Of a stretch of DNA of 64,000 nt, positions 39,266 to 48,680 are shown in pieces. Below the pieces are notes generated by a model. The model saw only the letters and a program-made list of their open reading frames with translations. It was not told the DNA's origin and searched no databases. The first letter of the stretch is position 1. Each line of letters opens with the position of its first letter. The stretch lies in assembly GCA_049599475.1 (NCBI GenBank), contig JBMYOQ010000012.1, positions 1-64,000 on the forward strand, given 5' to 3'. The stretch comes from Opitutales bacterium (GTDB lineage Bacteria > Verrucomicrobiota > Verrucomicrobiia > Opitutales > JABSRG01). Both the position numbers and the translations under genes were made by a program.

Positions 39266-40477
39266 ATGTCATCATTCACGCCATCGCGGACAGCAGGATT
39301 AGAGCGCCTTGAGGCGTTTCTCCCGCGAGCGGGCGAGACCTATGCGAAGCAGCGGAATTACGACAACGGTCCAGGGAATCACGATTTTGTTTCCTCACTG
39401 TCTCCATGGCTTCGAGTCCGCAGTATCAGCGAGCAGGAGGTTGTGGAGTCGGTTTTGCAGCATCATTGCTTGTCTAGAGCGGAGAAATTCATCCAAGAAG
39501 TCATCTGGCGTACGTATTGGAAAGGGTGGCTGCAACAGCGCCCATCTGTATGGGACGAATACGAAGATACCCTGGACGATTTGCGTTCAGTGTGGGAAAG
39601 GCGCGGCGAGTATCAGCGGGCTATCGAGGGTTCAACTCGGTTTAATAGCTTCAACACATGGGCGCGTGAACTGCGAGAAACAGGATATCTTCACAATCAC
39701 GCACGGATGTGGTTTGCTAGCATTTGGATACATACTTTGAAGCTGCCCTGGGAGATGGGTGCAGCTTTTTTTCTACAACATCTCCTGGATGGAGACTGCG
39801 CCTCGAATACCTTGAGTTGGCGCTGGGTTGCGGGCATTCAAACACGGGGAAAGGCCTACTCTGCAAGTGCCGATAATATACAGAAATACACGAACGGTCG
39901 TTTGGGTGCGGGAGAGAGATTTGCGCAGGTTGACCTGTCTGATCAAGTGCTCGTGGAGCATCCGGATGCCCTGGAACTGAAAGAGCTCGAAATTCCAAGA
40001 ATAGAGCCCAACACCTGTCTGATTGTCACGGATGATGATGTGCGCTCATTTGAGTTGTTGGAGGAAATTGAAAACCTACATTGCGTGTTAGGACTCTTCC
40101 CAAACGACTCATATCAGAGGCATGGTGTGAGTGATCGTGTGAAATCCTTTAGGAAGCAATCGATCCAAGACTCACTCGAATCGATTGCTTTGCCCGAATC
40201 GCGGAAGGTGTATTTTGAATTGGACGCCAAAATGAGCGCCGCAATGGATTTTCTGAAATCAAGAGAAGTGACAAACGTAATTGTGACGGAGCCTTATGTC
40301 GGCTTTTGGACTTCGGAATTTTCCGAACTGAAGGCAACTATCGAGGCTCAAGGAATCGAAGTGACATCTTTTCGAAGGCCCTGGGATGACTGGTTTTTTC
40401 CGCATTGCAAACGTGGTTTCTTTAATTTGAAAAAACTGATTCCCAAAATCCTAAAACAGCGTCTCCGCAATACCTAG
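39266..40477 (+). CDS. Photolyase with N-terminal FAD-binding domain (NewPHL-like inverted domain order)
   Basis: Starts directly with Y...RNYD...VS.LSPW, KFIQEV.WRTYWKGW, GYLHNHARMWFASIW, LLDGD.ASN.LSWRWVAG, then a short alpha/beta C-terminal domain. Confidence 0.85.
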   Translation: MSSFTPSRTAGLERLEAFLPRAGETYAKQRNYDNGPGNHDFVSSLSPWLRVRSISEQEVVESVLQHHCLSRAEKFIQEVIWRTYWKGWLQQRPSVWDEYEDTLDDLRSVWERRGEYQRAIEGSTRFNSFNTWARELRETGYLHNHARMWFASIWIHTLKLPWEMGAAFFLQHLLDGDCASNTLSWRWVAGIQTRGKAYSASADNIQKYTNGRLGAGERFAQVDLSDQVLVEHPDALELKELEIPRIEPNTCLIVTDDDVRSFELLEEIENLHCVLGLFPNDSYQRHGVSDRVKSFRKQSIQDSLESIALPESRKVYFELDAKMSAAMDFLKSREVTNVIVTEPYVGFWTSEFSELKATIEAQGIEVTSFRRPWDDWFFPHCKRGFFNLKKLIPKILKQRLRNT

Positions 40478-40478
40478 T

Positions 40479-41180
40479 ATGGAACCGGTGGTTATGTATC
40501 AGCGCTGGGAGTCCTTGCTCTTTTTGCATTGGAAATTCCCAGCGGATCAGATTCAAGGAACGCTGCCTCCTGGTCTCACGGTAGATACCTTTGAGGGTAA
40601 TGCATATGTGGGTGTCGTGCCTTTCCTGATGCGTGGAATTCGGCCTCGATTCTTGCCCTCAGTGCCCGGCATTTCTGATTTTCTTGAGCTGAATTTGAGA
40701 ACCTACGCAAAGGACACTCAGGGGCGACCCAGCGTTTGGTTTTATTCCTTGGATGCAAATCAGTCGTTATCTGTATGGGTCGCACGAAAGCTGTTCAACC
40801 TACCGTATTATCGGGCTGAAATGAAGTATTGGATCGATGGATCAGGGTGCGAACGATTTACATCCGAGAGGCCTGGTAGCCCAGAGCAAATATTTGAATA
40901 TAAATCGGTTTCAAGTCCCACTCTTGCTCAGCCTGGGAGTCTCAGCCATTTTCTAGTCGAACGCTATAGTTTGTATGCATATAAGCCAGAAGAGAAACGG
41001 CTGCTGCGGGGTACTATACAACATGAGCCGTATCGGTTGAGCCATGTAGAATTAGCGGCTTATAGTCCTGAACTGTTTAGTCTAAATGGGCTCAAGTGCC
41101 CGGACCGAGACCCCGATCATGCTGTTCTCGCGGAGCCGGTGAATGTCAGGATTTATCCGATGAGAAAGGTAGCTGCATGA
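40479..41180 (+). CDS. DUF2071/YqjF family protein
   Basis: MYQRW..LLFLHW, LPPGL.VD.F.G.AYVGVVPF, F.ELNLRTY, V.FYSLDA, FLVERY.LY. Confidence 0.9.
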   Translation: MEPVVMYQRWESLLFLHWKFPADQIQGTLPPGLTVDTFEGNAYVGVVPFLMRGIRPRFLPSVPGISDFLELNLRTYAKDTQGRPSVWFYSLDANQSLSVWVARKLFNLPYYRAEMKYWIDGSGCERFTSERPGSPEQIFEYKSVSSPTLAQPGSLSHFLVERYSLYAYKPEEKRLLRGTIQHEPYRLSHVELAAYSPELFSLNGLKCPDRDPDHAVLAEPVNVRIYPMRKVAA

Positions 41181-42724
41181 ATGCTCGAGACGCAGAGACC
41201 GCTGTCGTTTGGTTTAAGCGAGATCTTCGCGTGTATGATCATCGTGCACTCGCGGAGGCTGCGAGCCGTTATAAGTCGATCATACCGGTGTATTGCCGTG
41301 AACCGTCGATTCGCAGTCTTCCTGATTTTGGAGTGCGTCACGACGTGTTCATCGAATCAAGCCTTTCAGATCTACAGCATGAGTTGCGTTCTCGAGGGAG
41401 TGATTTATTGATATTGGATATGGAGGTGATTGATGCCTTCCGGTGGCTTTTTAAAAAAACGCCCTTTGCGGCAGTCTTCGCGCATGAAGAAACGGGCAAC
41501 TTGGCGACTTTTGAGAGAGACAAAACCATCATAAAATGGTGCCGAAGCAACGGAGTGCGTCTCCATGAATATTACCAGAACGGAGTTCAGCGGGGGTTGA
41601 AACAGCGCTATGGATGGGCTCGGGTATGGCATCAACGCATGCATGAGCAAATGATACCTGCGCCAGCGACGCTCCCGAGTATTCCTGGCCCGCTGAAAGA
41701 GATTACGGCTGCACTCCGTCGGGGGACTCAAGAAAATGTATACGAGCGAGGAGGTCGCACTGCAGGCCTGCAAGTTTTGAATACATTTTTGCTGAGTCGG
41801 GGTAGGGCCTACCATCGGGAAATGTCGAGCCCATTGACCGCTGAGAACAGTTGTTCGCGGCTATCCAGCTATATCAGCTATGGATGCCTCTCGATGCGCG
41901 AAATTGTTCAAGCCGCTGAGGCTCGAAAATTACAAATTCGAACAGAGGGCGGGGACGGCTATACCCAGCGCGCGCTGACGAGCTTTTTATCCCGTTGTCA
42001 CTGGCATTGTCATTTTATGCAAAAGCTCGAACTAGAGCCAGCGATCGAAACTAAATGTTTTAACCGAGCGTGCGAGACCTTGCGAGAGCGTGGAACTCGG
42101 ACAGACCTTCTCGAACAGTTCCAAGCAGGTCAAACGGGCTATCCTTTTCTTGATGCATGTATTCGGTTTTTAGATGCAAAGGGGTGGATAAATTTTCGTA
42201 TGCGTGCGATGATTACGTCCTTTGCCGCATATAACCTCTGGATCGACTGGCGCGATTTCAAGGATTGGTTGGCGTGTCAGTTTCAGGACTACGAACCGGG
42301 CATTCATTACAGCCAGCTCCAGATGCAGAGTGGCGTGACAGGGATTAATACGCTGCGCATCTACAATTTGGTCAAGCAGGGCCTTGATCAAGATCCCCAG
42401 GGGCAATTCATTCGCCGTTGGGTGCCTGAGTTGGCGAAGCTTCCGGATGTCGGTATTCATGAGCCTTGGAAGCTGCCACAAGCAAGTCTTCAGCAGGCGG
42501 GAGTGAAACTGGGAAATACTTATCCACTTCCGATCGTGGATCTTAAGGAAAGCTCACGTTTGGCGAAATCTAAGTTTTCCGAGGTGCGCCGAAATCCCTT
42601 GTTTTGGGAAGAAAGCGAACGCGTTCAGCGCATGCACGGAAGTCGCAAGAGGCAACCCGATCGCAGGCGTGCGAAACCGAAACTGTCGGATAACGAACAA
42701 ATGGAACTTTCTTTGGAAGGGTAA
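41177..42724 (+). CDS. Cryptochrome/DNA photolyase family protein (HCHFxQKLE / GINTxRIYN subgroup)
   Basis: VVWFKRDLRV.DH, CSRLS, TGYP..DAC, GWINFRMRAM, DYEPGIH, DP.G.FIRRWVPEL. ATGA coupling to the upstream gene. Confidence 0.93.
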   Translation: MNARDAETAVVWFKRDLRVYDHRALAEAASRYKSIIPVYCREPSIRSLPDFGVRHDVFIESSLSDLQHELRSRGSDLLILDMEVIDAFRWLFKKTPFAAVFAHEETGNLATFERDKTIIKWCRSNGVRLHEYYQNGVQRGLKQRYGWARVWHQRMHEQMIPAPATLPSIPGPLKEITAALRRGTQENVYERGGRTAGLQVLNTFLLSRGRAYHREMSSPLTAENSCSRLSSYISYGCLSMREIVQAAEARKLQIRTEGGDGYTQRALTSFLSRCHWHCHFMQKLELEPAIETKCFNRACETLRERGTRTDLLEQFQAGQTGYPFLDACIRFLDAKGWINFRMRAMITSFAAYNLWIDWRDFKDWLACQFQDYEPGIHYSQLQMQSGVTGINTLRIYNLVKQGLDQDPQGQFIRRWVPELAKLPDVGIHEPWKLPQASLQQAGVKLGNTYPLPIVDLKESSRLAKSKFSEVRRNPLFWEESERVQRMHGSRKRQPDRRRAKPKLSDNEQMELSLEG

Positions 42725-42729
42725 TTAAA

Positions 42730-44232
42730 ATGAAGTCCGCACTTTTAATTCTGGGAAACCAACTGTTTGCCCCCGCGCGCTTACCCGTCGATAATTCAAC
42801 GCCTGTGTTCATGGCCGAGGACCTGGGGCTATGTACCTACTTCAAGCACCACAAACAGAAGATCACATTATTCCTCTCCGCCATGCGGAGCTATGCAGAT
42901 GAACTCCGTGAAAATGGATACTCCGTGCATTACCACCGTTTGGAGTTTAAAACATCTTCGGATTCCCAATGCACTTATTTGGAGCGCTTAGCGTCGTTTA
43001 TCAAAACGGAAAAAATCGAAGCGCTACACTTTTATGAGATCGAAGATCGCCCTTTTGAAGCTGCCATTAAGGAGCTCATCGAGGAGCTGAAGCTCGAGGC
43101 GCATGAACATAGCAGCCCGATGTTTTTAACCTCCCGGGCTGACTTCAAAAACTACATTGATCAACGTAAGCCCTTTATGGCGCGTTTCTATGAATGGCAG
43201 CGCAAACGTTTGAATATTTTGGTGGATCAGAAAGGGAAGCCCGAAGGCGGTAAGTGGAGCTTCGATACCGAAAATAGGAAACGTCTTCCGAAAAAAATTA
43301 CATTACCCTCGGAGCCCTGGGTGCAGGCGACTGCGCATAGCGTGGAGTTGATTCCGCAGGTAGATGCATATTTCTCAAAACATCCAGGTAAGCTGAGTGA
43401 GTCCCGCTGGTGGTTGCCGACGACACGAGAGCAGGCTCGGGAATGGTTGTCAGAGTTTTTAAATGACAGATTCCACAGCTTTGGCGATTACGAAGATGCC
43501 ATCAGTCAACGAGGAACTGTGCTCTTTCACAGTGTCTTGACGGTCCCCTTAAATATGGGGTTGTTGACGCCTAAGGAAGTCGTCGATGCTGCTCTGAAAC
43601 ACGCAAAAGAGCACGGTATTAATCTGAACAGTCTGGAGGGGTTTATTCGCCAAATAATTGGATGGCGTGAATTCATCCGTGGTATAGATCGCAATTTCGG
43701 TGTGCTTCAAGAGGAGCGTAACCACTTTGATCATCAACGAAGATTAGGGGCTCAGTGGCACACCGCGGATACGGGTATTCCTGTCCTGGACGAGACCATA
43801 CAGACGCTTCAAGACTACGGGTGGTGCCACCACATCGAGCGCCTCATGGTGTTGGGTAATTTGATGCTCCTCTGTGAAATAGATCCGAAGGATGTATATA
43901 AATATTTCATGGAGTATTTCGTCGATTCGAGCGACTGGGTGATGGGGCCCAATGTTTATGGAATGGCGCTCTTTAGTGACGGAGGCATCTTTGCTACCAA
44001 ACCCTATATCAGTGGCAGTAACTATCTCCTCAAAATGAGTGACTACCCCAAAGGCGATTGGTGCGATATTGTAGACGGCTTATACTGGCGTTTCGTAGAT
44101 AAAAAACGCGATTGCCTTAAATCGAACCCGCGTTTATCCCTGATGTTAGGCTCCCTAAAAAAGATGGACCCAAAACGCAAAGAAAAGATATTTGCGGCCG
44201 CGGAGAACTTTATATCTGAAGTAACGCTCTAG
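42730..44232 (+). CDS. Bacterial (6-4) photolyase/cryptochrome (PhrB/CryB-like, apparently without Fe-S cluster)
   Basis: LGNQLF, HKQKI...SAMR, GGKWSFD.ENR, EGFIRQIIGWREF, HHIERLM, KPYISGSNY..KMSDY. Confidence 0.92.
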   Translation: MKSALLILGNQLFAPARLPVDNSTPVFMAEDLGLCTYFKHHKQKITLFLSAMRSYADELRENGYSVHYHRLEFKTSSDSQCTYLERLASFIKTEKIEALHFYEIEDRPFEAAIKELIEELKLEAHEHSSPMFLTSRADFKNYIDQRKPFMARFYEWQRKRLNILVDQKGKPEGGKWSFDTENRKRLPKKITLPSEPWVQATAHSVELIPQVDAYFSKHPGKLSESRWWLPTTREQAREWLSEFLNDRFHSFGDYEDAISQRGTVLFHSVLTVPLNMGLLTPKEVVDAALKHAKEHGINLNSLEGFIRQIIGWREFIRGIDRNFGVLQEERNHFDHQRRLGAQWHTADTGIPVLDETIQTLQDYGWCHHIERLMVLGNLMLLCEIDPKDVYKYFMEYFVDSSDWVMGPNVYGMALFSDGGIFATKPYISGSNYLLKMSDYPKGDWCDIVDGLYWRFVDKKRDCLKSNPRLSLMLGSLKKMDPKRKEKIFAAAENFISEVTL

Positions 44233-44290
44233 GATTGTATGCCTCTTTTTTTGAATCGATCAAACGCCGCTAAGAGCCGGGTTTTGCTAA

Positions 44291-44962
44291 CTATTTTTTC
44301 GCGATTTCCGGGGGTCGCATTTTTACGATATCCCTATCGCTGCAGACGTAGAAAAGGTCCTCCTCCTCAGCGGGCATTTTACCTAGGCTCGTTGTTGATC
44401 CATAGGCAGGAAGCACGAGTTGCTCTTTTCTGTGCCAGAATGCTTTGAATGCATGGGCACATCCAGCATTGTCCTTGAGCCGAATTCCAGGATGCAGGTG
44501 TCCGCATAGATTGAACTTATCTGTTTGATTTTCCGGCTCGTGACTCAGCCAGAAGGGCCCCAAAGGGTAGGATTGAGTCTTCACGTTCAACGGGAGGTCG
44601 AAAATCGAGCCCTCGGCTTTCCTATCATGATTTCCCAGGACGAGTGTCATTTCATGATCGATACGTTCGCGCCATTGATGGAACGCGATAACGAGTTCGT
44701 CGGATAGAGAAAATTTGTCATGAAAAAGATCACCCAGGATGATGAGATGTTCGGGCCCTAAGTCTTGAATTAGGCGGTTGAGTGATTCAAGGTCGTCCTG
44801 GTCGCTTCCCTCGGGTAGGAAGAAGTTCTTATGGCGCTGGCTGGCGCTTTTTCCTAGGTGTAAGTCTGCTACGAAAAGAATTTTCTCTTTAGGCCAGAAC
44901 AGGGCTTTGCTTGGCAGGAGTTTCAGGGCTTCACCGGCAAGGTTGATATCAAAGGATTTCAT
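44291..44962 (-). CDS. pdeM: Ligase-associated DNA damage response endonuclease (metallophosphoesterase)
   Basis: ADLHLGK, LGDLFH, GNHD, HEP, GHLHP, LPAYG; adjacent to Lhr-core. Confidence 0.88.
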   Translation of the reverse strand: MKSFDINLAGEALKLLPSKALFWPKEKILFVADLHLGKSASQRHKNFFLPEGSDQDDLESLNRLIQDLGPEHLIILGDLFHDKFSLSDELVIAFHQWRERIDHEMTLVLGNHDRKAEGSIFDLPLNVKTQSYPLGPFWLSHEPENQTDKFNLCGHLHPGIRLKDNAGCAHAFKAFWHRKEQLVLPAYGSTTSLGKMPAEEEDLFYVCSDRDIVKMRPPEIAKK

Positions 44963-45115
44963 AAGAATCTTTCGTTCACTTGATCTGTTTACACTGGCTT
45001 TGACCCACTCCAATGGGCCTTGGTGAGAAGGCCATCACTCTAGAAGGGAGATAGACTTTGTAGCTTGCGACAAGCTTAAGCGCTGTATTTACCGTGCTAT
45101 GATTCATAGAGCACT

Positions 45116-47536
45116 TCAGGCCTCCATCTCAGCTGCAATTCGTTTGAGGCGGTCCGTCATCGACTCGCTAGAAACTTGTTCGTTCAAGGTCTCGGCCCAC
45201 AGGGGAAAGGCGAAAGGGGTGAGGCGCTCTGTAGTATTTATTTTAAATGGAAGTTTCTCAATGAACCGCATTGTTTCAAGCAGACGGGTTTGCTCCAGTT
45301 GTCGCTCCATGAGCTCGTTCTTTGCTTGGTGAAGTAGTCGGTTCTCTGCATCGTATCGCACGAATACTTCGTAGAGTAGGTTGGCAGACATCTGTACGTT
45401 TTTCACGGTTTTCTGTTGTCCTGGATAACCTTGGAAGACGAGCCCGGCAATGCGAGAAATCTCTCGGAATTGTCGTTTTGCCAACTCGGTTGTGTTGATA
45501 CATTCCAAGAGATCTTCAGAAAGTCGATCCGTAGTAAACAAGTCTTTTGCAAGTTGGGTGTCTATTTCGAACTTCTTGGCAGACTGTAGTGAAAATCCAA
45601 AGTCGTTGACTGTTGTGCGTAATGTCAGAGGAATGCGTTTGCTGAGCCGGAAAGCTATTAGGGCAGCTAGACCTTCGTGGACCAGGCGTCCTGCAAAGGG
45701 AAAGCAAAAGAGATTTGATGTGCGTTTGATGCGACACTGTTCTATGAGTAACAGATCATTGGTCGGAAGGGACGAGCGATCACTCTGTATTTGGAGAATT
45801 GTTTTGAGCCGACGCATCTCTATTGATGAGCGTGATTTACTCTTCGATGCATGTCCTGCGATCTCTCGAGAAACGGCTGCTGCGAGTTCGCTGGAAAGTG
45901 GGGCACGCCCGCCTTGCCAACTGGGCGTATTGTTCCCCTGTTTACGTGCTCGCTTTACGTAGGCAGTCATCCCTCGGAAACGAACGAGCTCAAGGCGCGA
46001 GCCCGCGAAGTTGAAGTGGTCACCCGGTTTTAAACGCGCAATGAAACGCTCCTCTATATTACCAAGGCTTGGGCCGGAGCTGAGCTTTACGGTGATTTCG
46101 GAGTCGCTCGTGATAGTGCCTATGCTCATGCGATGCATGCGTTCGATCCGTTTTTCGGGGACGGTGAGAAGGCCGTCGGCTTCGAGAACTTTGCGGTATT
46201 CAGGGTAGGCTTTAAGCGCGCCGATTTCTCCTTTGGCGAAACCGAGCACCCACGCCCAGTCGTCGTCATGAATGGAATGATACGCGGCAGTTGAGCGGAC
46301 CTCTTTGAGTAAGGTTTCTTCGTTCAGGCTCGCGTTTAGAGACATGCTTATGACGTGTTGCAGGAGAACATCCAACGGACAAATAACTGGGGTGCGCGCT
46401 TCGATTTCGCCTCGTTTCAGGGCCTCACGTGCTGCCGCGAATTCGAGTATCTCCAGGGAATTTGTCGGCACACCATAGATTTTACTGGTGGCTCCCGGTT
46501 GGTGACCACTTCGCCCGGCTCGTTGTATAAAGCGGGCGATGCCCTTCGGAGACCCAATTTGTATCACCTGTTCTACAGGGGAGAAATCGACTCCAAGGTC
46601 CAGGCTCGATGTACAAATGACGGCCAGGAGTTTGCCGTCGTTTAGGTCTTGTTCGACTTGCAGGCGCAATTCTCGGTTCAAAGAACCATGGTGTACCGCG
46701 ATTTTTGATTCTAAATCCGGTGCTGCTTTCAGGAGGCTTTGATACCAAATTTCGCTCTGAGCACGGGTATTCGTGAAAACCAGGGTTGTCTTGGCATTGT
46801 ATAGAGTCTCGATGACTTTTGGAAGAAGTTTGATTCCGAGGTGTCCCGCCCATGGAAAGCTCTCTATTTTTTCCGGCAAGAGGGTTTCGATCTCTATCTT
46901 CTTTTTGCGCTTACCCTCGACAAGGACTCCATTCGAAATATCAGGACCGGTGAGCGTTCTCAACGCCTCTTCTAAATTTCCAATGGTCGCCGAAAGGCCC
47001 CAGCGCCGCAGGTTTGGGTGGATGCCTTGAAGTCGTGCGAGGGCGAGTTCAGTCTGCGTTCCTCGTTTGGTACCTAGGAGCTCATGCCATTCGTCGCAGA
47101 TGACACATTGAAGTTTCGAAAAGTGCACTGAAGCATCGGTGTAGGATAGCAGGAGTGTGAGAGACTCGGGAGTGGTCACCAAGACGTGAGGCAAGCTGCG
47201 GCGCTGCCTTTGGCGTTGGGAGCTCGAGATATCTCCGTGACGCAACTCGACCGTCCAATCGAGTCCAACGCCTTCAAGCAATTTGCTGATTGCTTGAGCG
47301 GTATCGTTGGCGAGGGCGCGCAGGGGCGTGATCCAAAGGAGTTGTAAGCCCCTTCCGGCTTTCTTTTCCTTCAAGGCATCCAAAACGGGGCCACCGAGAG
47401 CTGCGTAGGTTTTCCCGATACCGGTGGGTGCATGAATGAGCCCGCTGTGTCCTTTTTTGTAGGTGTTCCAGGCATCTTTCTGAAATGAAAATGCCTTCCA
47501 GCCGCGAGCCTGGAACCAACGCTCAACGGGATTCAT
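45116..47536 (-). CDS. Ligase-associated DEXH-box helicase (Lhr-core)
   Basis: APTGIGKT, TTPESL, DEWH, SAT, HHGSL, LDLGVDF, QRAGRSGH, FPFAGRLVHEGL, FREI.RIAGL. Confidence 0.93.
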   Translation of the reverse strand: MNPVERWFQARGWKAFSFQKDAWNTYKKGHSGLIHAPTGIGKTYAALGGPVLDALKEKKAGRGLQLLWITPLRALANDTAQAISKLLEGVGLDWTVELRHGDISSSQRQRQRRSLPHVLVTTPESLTLLLSYTDASVHFSKLQCVICDEWHELLGTKRGTQTELALARLQGIHPNLRRWGLSATIGNLEEALRTLTGPDISNGVLVEGKRKKKIEIETLLPEKIESFPWAGHLGIKLLPKVIETLYNAKTTLVFTNTRAQSEIWYQSLLKAAPDLESKIAVHHGSLNRELRLQVEQDLNDGKLLAVICTSSLDLGVDFSPVEQVIQIGSPKGIARFIQRAGRSGHQPGATSKIYGVPTNSLEILEFAAAREALKRGEIEARTPVICPLDVLLQHVISMSLNASLNEETLLKEVRSTAAYHSIHDDDWAWVLGFAKGEIGALKAYPEYRKVLEADGLLTVPEKRIERMHRMSIGTITSDSEITVKLSSGPSLGNIEERFIARLKPGDHFNFAGSRLELVRFRGMTAYVKRARKQGNNTPSWQGGRAPLSSELAAAVSREIAGHASKSKSRSSIEMRRLKTILQIQSDRSSLPTNDLLLIEQCRIKRTSNLFCFPFAGRLVHEGLAALIAFRLSKRIPLTLRTTVNDFGFSLQSAKKFEIDTQLAKDLFTTDRLSEDLLECINTTELAKRQFREISRIAGLVFQGYPGQQKTVKNVQMSANLLYEVFVRYDAENRLLHQAKNELMERQLEQTRLLETMRFIEKLPFKINTTERLTPFAFPLWAETLNEQVSSESMTDRLKRIAAEMEA

Positions 47537-47607
47537 GAAGGTGCCACTTTGGAAGGAAAATCACTCCCTAAGGTGGCACAGATTGGTTCGAAATCAAATT
47601 TTTGGGA

Positions 47608-47686
47608 GTCCACGAACCACACTAAAGGCACGAAAATCTTGTTGAACTGAGGATCTACTTTTGTGCCTTTCGTGTGGTCCGTGGAC
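47608..47686. repeat. Palindromic element: 28-bp imperfect inverted arms built from 9-bp CACNAANNN units
   Basis: GTCCACGAACCACACTAAAGGCACGAAA (47608-47635) vs TTTTGTGCCTTTCGTGTGGTCCGTGGAC (47659-47686), 3 differences. Confidence 0.85.
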
Positions 47687-47695
47687 CGGTAACCC

Positions 47696-48568
47696 TTAGC
47701 CCTTGTAGGCACAGGCGGGAACGCCTTGGATTCCCAGACCGTCGATTACGAAGACCTTTCCTGCGTCTTCTTCGACGAGGCTTTTGTGGATACCGGTAGT
47801 GACAAATAGGCGGTCGAGTTTGTCTCCGCCGAAGGCGACTGCGGTCGTTTCCACACAGGGAATTTTTACGTCTTGAATGACCTTGCCCGTCTCGGGGTCG
47901 AAGCGCACCACAACGCCGCCATGGCAAAAGGCCACCCAGAGTTTGCCTTCGCTGTCGATAGTCATGCCATCGGGAGAGTCTTTATAACCGCAGGCTTCAG
48001 TATCTACGATCTTACGCCCGTTGCTGACGGCTCCTGATGCGAGATCAAAATCGAAGGCTTGGACAGATTTGGTCGGCGTATCGATATAGTACATAGTCTT
48101 CGCATCTATGGACCAGCAGATGCCGTTGGAATTGGTAACCCCTTCTATTTTGAGACTCAGTTCGCCTGCATTATCCAAGCAATAGAGATTCGCGGTGCCC
48201 GGGTTCTTGACTAGGCTGATGCTGCCTGCCCAGAAGCGGCCGGCGGGGTCGCATTTTCCGTCGTTGAAACGGTTGGTCGCACGTAGTTCGGCTTCGGGGT
48301 CGGCGAGGGGAGTCTTTTCTCCAGTTGTCGGATTGAAGCGCACGTATCCCGTGTCTCCGGCATAGAGGAGATCATCGCCTTCGGTCGGGACTACAGTGCC
48401 GACACGTTCGCCGACCTCCCAAGTTGTTTCTTCCCCAGAAGCGGGATCGAGGCTTACGATTTTATGGCCCTCGATATCGACGTAGAGGAGAGAGTTTTTC
48501 CACCAGATCGGACCTTCGCCCCATTTTGAGACATTTGATCCGATAGTTGAGACAGTTACGCTAGACAT
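47696..48568 (-). CDS. SMP-30/gluconolactonase/LRE family protein
   Basis: GEGP.W, RFNDGKCDPAGRFWAG, SNGI.W, PDGMTID.EG.LWVA, FGG..L..LFVT. Confidence 0.95.
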   Translation of the reverse strand: MSSVTVSTIGSNVSKWGEGPIWWKNSLLYVDIEGHKIVSLDPASGEETTWEVGERVGTVVPTEGDDLLYAGDTGYVRFNPTTGEKTPLADPEAELRATNRFNDGKCDPAGRFWAGSISLVKNPGTANLYCLDNAGELSLKIEGVTNSNGICWSIDAKTMYYIDTPTKSVQAFDFDLASGAVSNGRKIVDTEACGYKDSPDGMTIDSEGKLWVAFCHGGVVVRFDPETGKVIQDVKIPCVETTAVAFGGDKLDRLFVTTGIHKSLVEEDAGKVFVIDGLGIQGVPACAYKG

Positions 48569-48680
48569 GGGGCGTAGGAATGAAAGCTCGGGAGCGTTCT
48601 GTCGAGTTCTCAAAATTGAATGAGCATAAATTTCCAAAAATTTGCTCAACAAATCGAGAATTGCTTCTCAAGGTGCGTCC

